A DNA stretch of 64,000 bases. It comes from a virus. The notes beneath the pieces were generated by a model. The model ran no database searches, was not told the DNA's origin, and saw nothing but the letters and a program-made list of their open reading frames with translations. Shown in pieces: positions 56,302 through 64,000 of this stretch; the first letter of the stretch is position 1; each line of letters begins with the position of its first letter. The translations under genes were made by a program, and so were the position numbers. Location of the stretch: positions 24,549-88,548 of the IMG/VR virus record IMGVR_UViG_3300043773_000921; one strand, 5' to 3'.

Positions 56302-58044
56302 CTATATTTCTAATGATTGCTTACTTCGGTCCAATGCCTCTTGCACTGTTTTTAATAGCTGTTCTGTGGTGTAGTAACCCCTTCGCTGCATGTACTGGTC
56401 TGCAAATCTTTTTCGTTCACCAGATTCATCGCGTTCATTACCTATTTCAGTCCAAAATTGTTGCATCTGTTCGAACTGTTTGTATGATTTATCTTCATTA
56501 AATGCTTTACTATTTGCTTCTGCTTTTTGGAAGTCTGCAACCGCTTTATTGTAATCATCATCATTAGCATATTTTGATTTATCAGGAGCTACGCCACCGG
56601 GGTATAATCTTTGGAAGTTTTCATAATCATTTTTCTTTTGATAGTAGGATTTAGTAAATGTAGGATCCATTGCTATTCTTTGATAGTCACTATATCTTGG
56701 CGACATTTCACCATAATATTCTTTTAGTGCTCCAAACCTTTCGTCTTTGATTTTATCTGTAGACATTTGATCTAGTGTTTTAGTCCAATGTTGCGCCCAT
56801 GCAGATTTATATTCATCTGAATCCATTGCATCTTTATGCATTTGATATTGTAGCATTGCATTTTGAATGTCATTAGTAGATTGAATAGCAGCTTTATTTA
56901 CAGCATCTTGTTTACTAACAATATCTTTCATGTTTACATACTTTGCGTATGCACCGGCAGTATCACCAAGTCTTTGCAACTGAGCAGACACCATTTGGTC
57001 TTTGTATTGCTGTGCTTGTTGTTGTATCTGATAGTTAGTAGCAGTTTCTTGATTTAGCATTTGTGTTTGTTGCTGCTGCTCCTGCATAGATATCTGCTGA
57101 TTGATGCCTTGTATCTGTTGCTCGGCGCCAGCTTGTTGCATACCTACTTGCATTAGCCCTTGTTGAGTTCCGGATGTAACAGCTGCTAATCCTTTCATAA
57201 GGTCGCTTGCTTGAGATATATTTTCTCTTTGTAGTCTGTATGCCTGTGTCCCTTGGTCGCGCATTTGAGAGCGCATAGCATCGTATGGTTCCGGATTAAG
57301 TCTTTGCCTTTCGTAATGAGGTATTTTCATCTGCAAAGATGGTGGCTGTGGCTGTACCATATTATTGATAAGCGCAGTAGCATCAAGCATAGACTTGCCT
57401 AAATAGTATGCCTCTGGAGTGCCAAACTTGTTTTTAGGAGTTGTAGGATTTAATGGCGCAACATAAGACATATCTACATCGCCTTTTATGTTACTTTTGT
57501 CATCATATATTAATTCAAATCCTACATCATCTGTTGTATATGTTTTATTGTATGGGTTTTCTACAGTTATTTCAGGTTCTTCAGGTCTTTGAGCTCTAAT
57601 GTATTCTACTTCATCTTTATATGGTGAAATGTCTAAACTTACCTTAGGGCCTTCTGTATTAAGTCCAAAGTCTGGAAATACATTTTGGTCAAACTTTTTT
57701 TGAATAGGTAATCCTGTAAAAGGATCGTACTCTAACGGTTTTGGCCTAATTGATTCTATATCAGATTGATCAAATTCAAGTACATTGGTTATTTTTGGAT
57801 TTAATTTTGGTATATTTTGCAGTTTGTAACTTGATAACGGTATATCATCTTCAGTAACCATTTCAAATCCATCTTCGTATTGTGGCGGACCTCCGTATGG
57901 ATTTACATAAGGATTTTTTACACTACCTGGCAACATACTGCCTGGCATTCTTACATCAGCTTGTGGATTATGATAAGCGTAATCTGTTAGTCTTTTTTTT
58001 ACACTTTCTGGAAGATAAGAAAAAGGAAATGGAGGGTATGGCAT
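56302..58044 (-). CDS. Gln-rich internal virion / DNA-ejection protein
   Basis: Pro-rich N-terminus, long Q/A-rich helix (QQQQQTQMLNQE), position in cargo cluster. Confidence 0.55.
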   Translation of the reverse strand: MPYPPFPFSYLPESVKKRLTDYAYHNPQADVRMPGSMLPGSVKNPYVNPYGGPPQYEDGFEMVTEDDIPLSSYKLQNIPKLNPKITNVLEFDQSDIESIRPKPLEYDPFTGLPIQKKFDQNVFPDFGLNTEGPKVSLDISPYKDEVEYIRAQRPEEPEITVENPYNKTYTTDDVGFELIYDDKSNIKGDVDMSYVAPLNPTTPKNKFGTPEAYYLGKSMLDATALINNMVQPQPPSLQMKIPHYERQRLNPEPYDAMRSQMRDQGTQAYRLQRENISQASDLMKGLAAVTSGTQQGLMQVGMQQAGAEQQIQGINQQISMQEQQQQTQMLNQETATNYQIQQQAQQYKDQMVSAQLQRLGDTAGAYAKYVNMKDIVSKQDAVNKAAIQSTNDIQNAMLQYQMHKDAMDSDEYKSAWAQHWTKTLDQMSTDKIKDERFGALKEYYGEMSPRYSDYQRIAMDPTFTKSYYQKKNDYENFQRLYPGGVAPDKSKYANDDDYNKAVADFQKAEANSKAFNEDKSYKQFEQMQQFWTEIGNERDESGERKRFADQYMQRRGYYTTEQLLKTVQEALDRSKQSLEI

Positions 58045-58057
58045 AGTTGTAATTATT

Positions 58058-60904
58058 TTATATGTTTGTTAATGTGTATGGTCTTCTATTTGTGTTTAAT
58101 TTCCAAGAAGCTGCATTGTGATCATACGCTGCATTGTTTACGTTTCCTATTTTGCTAAAAACAGAAGAACCTTTTGGTTTCATAAGTATTACATTATTAA
58201 ATACATAAGTTACATTTTTGTCTTTTAATGTACTTGCTAAGTGTTTAAAATGTTCTTTAGTTTCTTCTGGATTCATCAATAAATCTATACTATTCGCTGA
58301 TCTTAAATATACATTTTCTTTGTCATTTAAATCTTTTGATTTTAATATTTGATCTATTGGAGTGTTATATGTAACTGGAACTTCTGAATAATCTATATCG
58401 TAAGCTTGTTTATTTCTTTGATGCATTTTAAATGTTTTGACTTCAGATGGAATATCTGTGGCTATTACTTTTATATTTTTTTTCTTTATAGATTGATTGC
58501 TTGCAAGTTCTTTTACTGAAATGCCAGCTAATGATGGATTTGTATTTCCTAGTGCGGATCCAATATCAATTATTACAGAATTTGGTTCTGCGTAATCTGC
58601 AAAAAAAGATTCAGAGTCTGCGTTTCTTTTTACATCAGTTCTATTTGCTATGTCTTTTCCTCTACTCATAAACTTGCCATACCTTTGATTGTCTGATGTT
58701 TGTCGACTGATTATTTCATTTTCCGTTTCAGGTGTTTCAAAGTTAGAAGATAAAGGTTTTTCTTTTTTATTTGTATTTGTCTTTCTAAACATAGATGGAG
58801 ATTCTAAATATTTAAAACCTCCTTTTTCTTCTGCTTGTTTATTTATTACTTTTTGTCTTTCTGACAATGTTCCTTCAGTAGGTATTATAGTTTTGCCAAA
58901 TATAGCTTCTCCTTCTACAACTCCAAGACTATCTAATGCATGAAATCTATCTGGATTATTAGGATCTTGTAGGTAAATATCCATTAAATCTCTACCATAA
59001 GTCTGTCCAGGTTTTGGTATTACAATAGCTTTAGATGATGATGATAACAACTTATCTATAAACTGTAATGATGTATTTATAGATCCATCTTTTGTTTTTG
59101 TTTGTTCTTTTTCTACGGCATCAAAAAAAGACAATGAATTGTCTCTACCTGTTGCCCTAACGCCTTTCTTGCTTTTTGATATTCCAGATATAGGAAAGTA
59201 TGTATCTAAATCTTTTCTTCTTAAATCTTTAGCATTTATTTCTATGCCACCTTCTTTTATCAATGCAGACTTTGGCCAGCCACTTGTTTTTTGAGAGTAT
59301 TTTTCTGCAGAGTATTTTGCAGCCATACTTTTAACTTTAGGCTTAGTTTCTTCTGGTCTTAACACTGTTCCATAACCAACTGGTTTGTTTGTAGGTTTTT
59401 GACTAAATGGGTTAAAGAAATTATACATTTCATCAAGCTGTGACTTGCTTTCTGCTTTTTGTTCGTTTTTGTTTTGGTATTTTTCAATAAACTCTCCAGC
59501 ACCTTGTATAAAATTACCAAATGCATTTACGCCATAATTGATTCCGCTTTGCACACCAGAAACAACATCTGACATTGATGGAAAATTAAATGATTCTTTT
59601 TCCTTAGGAGTTGTACTTGTATTTGTATTTGATTCTGCACCAAAATGTTTTTTAACCCAGTTAGAACTAAAAGTATTAGAAGATTCATTAGGGTTAAGAC
59701 TTTGCGTTTCTGTTTCCTGATTTTCTATCGATGATTTACTTTTTTGATTTTTATCCCATTGCTTTTTATACTCAGCAAGCCACTTATCTTTAAAACCCTC
59801 TGGTCTTGTGTAATTTCCACTTGATTCGTAAGCACGCATAGCTTTAAGTGTATTATCTCCTATTATATCATCTTCAACAAGTAAATCCATTTTTGCATTG
59901 CCAGTAGATATATCTTTTCTAATCAACTCATTTAACTTTATTTGCTCTTGTTTTGCATAACCCCAATTTGGCAATGACTTGTCAACAGTTTTTTTCTGGA
60001 ATGATTTTACTATATCTTTATATCCAAGTTGCTCTGTTCCTTGTGAAACATTATCGGTTACTTGCATAGGGCTTTTATTAGAAATAACACTTGCATTATA
60101 AGTTGGTTCTGGTGCATTAATAGCACCTTTACCTAACTGTATTTCTGTATCAGAAGTCATTAAAGTATTATCTGCAACTCCACCAAATTGATATTTTTTA
60201 GTAGGTTTTATATTGTCATTATAAATATCTTGAGATGAATCAATTGTATTGCCAAATAAACCTAAGCCATCATACCATTTATTGTATACTGTTTTGGGTG
60301 GAGCTCCTTTAAAAGCTTTAGTAATTTTGCCTAATCTACCTATCAACGGCAATGCTCCTAATGGTTCAGTAAAATCATTATAATCTAACTTTCCATCTGT
60401 CCATGTTTCATAAACATCAGGCCAAGAAGTTATACCTGTTGGATCTATTGCTTCAGCTATATTCCATTCTAAACTATGATTATACGGAACTTTGTTTTTG
60501 ATAGCATTTACGTCATATTCTTTATCAGGTTTATTATCATTTTCATACATACGGTCTATTGCATACTGTGTGTCAATGACACACTCTCCTTTTGCATTTA
60601 ATATATAACCAGGAGGACAGACTGGTTTTGTTATGCCACCTGATTTATATTTGCTTACATCATTTTTTTTTTTGGACCATCCAGTTTTACCACCAAACGT
60701 GTATTTTCCGCCACCGCACTTCATACAAGAACTTATAGTACCACCAGACTTGTGCATCTTACCACCGCATTTCATACAAGCCATGCCACCTGACTTATAC
60801 GTTTCTCCACCATTTGCCATTTTTTTTGGCGACATATCACATCCACATTTTGCACAGGTTTTACCACCAGCTTTCATTTGGCAACCGCTTTTACATTTTG
60901 TCAT
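58058..60904 (-). CDS. Multidomain cargo protein with xxxGG repeats and C-terminal SAM-methyltransferase-like domain
   Basis: ATG 60904 preferred; MKAGG/YKSGG/MKCGG repeats; DPTG..LGALPLIG; VIIDIGS...VIATDI...RSANSI. Confidence 0.6.
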   Translation of the reverse strand: MTKCKSGCQMKAGGKTCAKCGCDMSPKKMANGGETYKSGGMACMKCGGKMHKSGGTISSCMKCGGGKYTFGGKTGWSKKKNDVSKYKSGGITKPVCPPGYILNAKGECVIDTQYAIDRMYENDNKPDKEYDVNAIKNKVPYNHSLEWNIAEAIDPTGITSWPDVYETWTDGKLDYNDFTEPLGALPLIGRLGKITKAFKGAPPKTVYNKWYDGLGLFGNTIDSSQDIYNDNIKPTKKYQFGGVADNTLMTSDTEIQLGKGAINAPEPTYNASVISNKSPMQVTDNVSQGTEQLGYKDIVKSFQKKTVDKSLPNWGYAKQEQIKLNELIRKDISTGNAKMDLLVEDDIIGDNTLKAMRAYESSGNYTRPEGFKDKWLAEYKKQWDKNQKSKSSIENQETETQSLNPNESSNTFSSNWVKKHFGAESNTNTSTTPKEKESFNFPSMSDVVSGVQSGINYGVNAFGNFIQGAGEFIEKYQNKNEQKAESKSQLDEMYNFFNPFSQKPTNKPVGYGTVLRPEETKPKVKSMAAKYSAEKYSQKTSGWPKSALIKEGGIEINAKDLRRKDLDTYFPISGISKSKKGVRATGRDNSLSFFDAVEKEQTKTKDGSINTSLQFIDKLLSSSSKAIVIPKPGQTYGRDLMDIYLQDPNNPDRFHALDSLGVVEGEAIFGKTIIPTEGTLSERQKVINKQAEEKGGFKYLESPSMFRKTNTNKKEKPLSSNFETPETENEIISRQTSDNQRYGKFMSRGKDIANRTDVKRNADSESFFADYAEPNSVIIDIGSALGNTNPSLAGISVKELASNQSIKKKNIKVIATDIPSEVKTFKMHQRNKQAYDIDYSEVPVTYNTPIDQILKSKDLNDKENVYLRSANSIDLLMNPEETKEHFKHLASTLKDKNVTYVFNNVILMKPKGSSVFSKIGNVNNAAYDHNAASWKLNTNRRPYTLTNI

Positions 60905-60917
60905 GATTTTATATTTT

Positions 60918-63900
60918 TTATGCTGTATAATCTCTTCTACCACCTGATGAATAAGGCTCACCACGAAGATAAGCTTTTTCTGCGTTATCTAACATCTTCT
61001 CTTTGATTTTATTAAACTCTGGAAGTCCACTTGCGGCATCTAAGGCCTTATAATATTTCTTTGGAAATACTAGTGTGCCGGGTCTAAGATGTAGCTTTAC
61101 ACCGCCTTCTTCGTGCGTTGGAGCATCAGCAGGAATCTCTTTAAGTAAGTTACCTTTTGAGTCGTAAATGCGCTCGCTACGTTCTACTTCTACAGGTACC
61201 AAATCAGACTCACCGCCTTTTTTATATTTTCCCCAGTTTGTCATTAGTGGCGCTACTTTTTTATAATTTTCATTTGAAAAATATTCAGCATCACTTTCAG
61301 TTTCAAACTTCATAGATTCTAAATCAGATGGACTAGCATTTTCATTAAAATACAAACTTCCGTCTTTTTTTTGTTGTATGAATGGTACGGCATATTGACC
61401 CATAGATGACATAAAATGTGTTCCGGTTGCCCCAGCTGGAACTCCAACTTCTTCACCATATATTTTTTCATTACCGGTAAACATATATGGATTTACAAAT
61501 GGAGATGTTAACCTTTTTGCAGCAGCATTCCCAAACTCTGCATCAGTTGCTATTCTTGCTTTCATCATTCCATTCATAGCAGCTGTATAATCATCAGACA
61601 CTGGATTATAATCAGAAAACATATTTGTTGAAGCTTTAGGTAAGTTTACTTCTAACCCATATTGTCCTTTAGCGTAACTATTATCGTTACCGCATTTGTG
61701 GCATTTGTAAGGGTCACTACCTCCATCAGAAATATCCCACGACCAACCACAATCACAGTTTACTTTTTTATTTGATGATTTAACGTAGGTTCCAGAACGT
61801 GCTTGCAAATATGGGTTAATTACACCTCCAAACTTTTTATATTCCCATCTAACTCCTTGAAGAGCTCTCCATTCATCTTCTTTATCAGCTCTAGGAACAC
61901 CTCTTTTAAAATCATTTTGATTTTCAAAAAAATAATCTATCCATTCTTTCTTTTTATCTCCTTGAATGGCATTGAATGTTTTATCAATTAATGCTTTTTT
62001 TTCTGGAGTTGCTTCAATTAAATTAACTCTACCTTTTTTAAAATCATGAATATATCTTATTCTTCCTGGAGGTAAATGATTAGTAGAACTTTGCATTTTT
62101 CCTCCTTGTTCTTTTAATGTTTTTTTAACCGCTTGAACTACTTCTGCTCCAAGGCCAGTATCTGCAGATTCAAGTAGAGGTTTATTAGAATATGGAAAAT
62201 CTAAACCTTTATAAAGTATAGGTCCAACTTGTTCTTCTTTTTTTCCTTTAAAAATATCGGCTATTCCTTCTGTAAATGTTTTTTGTTTTGATTGTATTCC
62301 TGGCGATAATTCACTAAAACTTATATCACCCATTAAAGAATATGATCCATCTGCTTCTTTAATAAATATATCATATCTTCCACCAGCATACCCTTGTCTT
62401 CCACTAGCTTTTACATATATTTCATCATTTGTTTTTTTAATACCTAATCCTTCTTTAAGCATTTCATTTATTCTTTTTTCGGAATCAGTAAATGTCCAGT
62501 CCGTTTTTTTAGGAAAAAATTTCTTACCTAATGATTGATTAATATTAGTAACTACATTACCTATTGATGATAATGCATTGTTTATTCTTCCTTGTAAAGT
62601 AGTAGTAGTTAGTCCTCGTAATGTTTGTGGATTTATAGAGTTTATTATTTGACTATTAAAATTTTGTCCTGTTAAAGAACTAGGTATATTTATTGTTGTT
62701 GGAGGTGCTGCTAGTTGATTTGATAAGTTGTTAGGTACATTTTGTAATCCTTGAATATAATTTTGAAATTGGCCTGCATATTGATTATTTGTATTAGTTC
62801 CTACAGTTAAGTTATCAAAATCATTTACTGATAATAGTGATGGTCTATTTTGAAAATAACTTTGAACATTACTAAGTTGATCTGCTATTTCATTTTGAGT
62901 ATAACTAGAACCGGGTCTTAATAATGGCAAACGATTTTCCATTTCTTGTAATAACATACTAACATTATCAAGATATTTTTCATTAGCTACATTACCTACA
63001 TTTGGATTATTTAATGGTGCATATAATTTTCCTCTTTGTACAAATCTTCCGTATTCATCTGCATTAACTCCTTGTGGCACTACATTCAATATTGCATTTG
63101 CTTCAAGTTGATCATAAATAGAGTGATCAATAATACCTCTATTAAATAGATCAGCATGATAATTTCTAGATTCATTTATTTCTTGCAACGTTCTTCTATT
63201 AAAAGGAATAGTAACAGGAGGAGTAACTTGTGAATTTATTGGTAATACTGGTTCTGTAGGTATTCTTGGCCTAAAGTTTAATATATCTAAAATACTATTA
63301 GTTGATGCATTTTGATATTGTTCAGGAAGTTGATTTTTTGTTAATGATTTACTAGCATTATTGAAAAAACGCATTGGATTGTCTATTGCATTTGTTAATC
63401 CTGTTGCTTTTGGTGTGTTTTTAATAGCGTTAGTAGTATTCATTGCTTTTCCTAATGCAGCTATAGGCAATGTAGGAGTAAGAATATCACCAAGTAATGC
63501 ACCATAAGGATTTGTTACTCTGTCTATTCCAATTACATCAGTTAATGTTTTTTGTTGTTCTTTTACTAAATCACTGTTACCAGATAAGTTTAATGCTATT
63601 CGTGTAGGATCAGGTAATGCGCTTTGATAGTTCGCAGATTTTCCACTTAAATCTCTAAAAGATTCGTTAGCAAGTGCAAAAGGAGTATTAAATAGTTCTC
63701 CAGTAGAACTTAATATAAAAGAACCAACATCTCCAACTGCTTTGTTTGCTGTTTGCAATAATTGATTACCAGGCATAATATTATTATAATCTCCTTTAAA
63801 ACCAACTTTAGAAGGTTGTGTTTGACTGTGGCCAGAACCATATGTTTCTACAACTTGTGTAGGCATAGATGGACCCCATGAATAGCCACCTGTATTTGGT

Positions 63901-64000
63901 TGTTGAGTTGGTACTTGTTGATATTTCTTTAAAGTTTCTCCTGCAGTACCAAGAGCGTTTAATGCATTTGCTCCTTGCGATAATCCATAGTTTAAACCTT
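60918..64000 (-). CDS. Multidomain cargo protein, 5'-truncated by the window edge
   Basis: Frame stays open from 63866 to the window end; KKFGG/YKKGG; Zn-ribbon CDCGWSW...CHKC; VEVE...THEEGG motif resembling crAss-like cargo proteins. Confidence 0.6.
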   Translation of the reverse strand, partial: GLNYGLSQGANALNALGTAGETLKKYQQVPTQQPNTGGYSWGPSMPTQVVETYGSGHSQTQPSKVGFKGDYNNIMPGNQLLQTANKAVGDVGSFILSSTGELFNTPFALANESFRDLSGKSANYQSALPDPTRIALNLSGNSDLVKEQQKTLTDVIGIDRVTNPYGALLGDILTPTLPIAALGKAMNTTNAIKNTPKATGLTNAIDNPMRFFNNASKSLTKNQLPEQYQNASTNSILDILNFRPRIPTEPVLPINSQVTPPVTIPFNRRTLQEINESRNYHADLFNRGIIDHSIYDQLEANAILNVVPQGVNADEYGRFVQRGKLYAPLNNPNVGNVANEKYLDNVSMLLQEMENRLPLLRPGSSYTQNEIADQLSNVQSYFQNRPSLLSVNDFDNLTVGTNTNNQYAGQFQNYIQGLQNVPNNLSNQLAAPPTTINIPSSLTGQNFNSQIINSINPQTLRGLTTTTLQGRINNALSSIGNVVTNINQSLGKKFFPKKTDWTFTDSEKRINEMLKEGLGIKKTNDEIYVKASGRQGYAGGRYDIFIKEADGSYSLMGDISFSELSPGIQSKQKTFTEGIADIFKGKKEEQVGPILYKGLDFPYSNKPLLESADTGLGAEVVQAVKKTLKEQGGKMQSSTNHLPPGRIRYIHDFKKGRVNLIEATPEKKALIDKTFNAIQGDKKKEWIDYFFENQNDFKRGVPRADKEDEWRALQGVRWEYKKFGGVINPYLQARSGTYVKSSNKKVNCDCGWSWDISDGGSDPYKCHKCGNDNSYAKGQYGLEVNLPKASTNMFSDYNPVSDDYTAAMNGMMKARIATDAEFGNAAAKRLTSPFVNPYMFTGNEKIYGEEVGVPAGATGTHFMSSMGQYAVPFIQQKKDGSLYFNENASPSDLESMKFETESDAEYFSNENYKKVAPLMTNWGKYKKGGESDLVPVEVERSERIYDSKGNLLKEIPADAPTHEEGGVKLHLRPGTLVFPKKYYKALDAASGLPEFNKIKEKMLDNAEKAYLRGEPYSSGGRRDYTA

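Noticed and set aside
1-64000. Stop-codon reassignment as in some crAss-like phages
   Set aside because: Standard code gives dense long ORFs including 22.5 kb uninterrupted; TAA, TAG and TGA all end genes at sensible boundaries
1-64000. tRNA genes, CRISPR array, integrase or IS elements
   Set aside because: No cloverleaf/T-loop, repeat-spacer pattern or recombinase/transposase motif recognised by eye; a scan was not run

Overview
The window is AT-rich phage DNA, most consistent with a large Bacteroidetes-infecting phage related to the crAss-like (Crassvirales) group. It has three blocks. (1) 1-6.7 kb, minus strand: DUF1566 and tail-fibre-like genes, RusA, a catalytic-domain-only class II aminoacyl-tRNA-synthetase paralog and membrane proteins. 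(2) 6.8-26.9 kb, plus strand early/middle block: many small ORFans, Gp157, GH73 glucosaminidase, ERF, SSB, a long ParB, RadC and a spore-photoproduct-lyase-like radical SAM enzyme. It opens with a perfect canonical parS palindrome and has no recognisable DNA polymerase, primase or helicase. (3) 26.9-64 kb, minus strand virion block: amidase endolysin, tail-collar fibre, Cys-rich structural proteins, internal cargo proteins with xxxGG motifs, and a 7,497-aa polyprotein joining an SF1 helicase, two zincin HExxH proteases and a crAss-type two-barrel virion RNA polymerase (GSDQDVD). All calls rest on motif recognition by eye; no searches were run.
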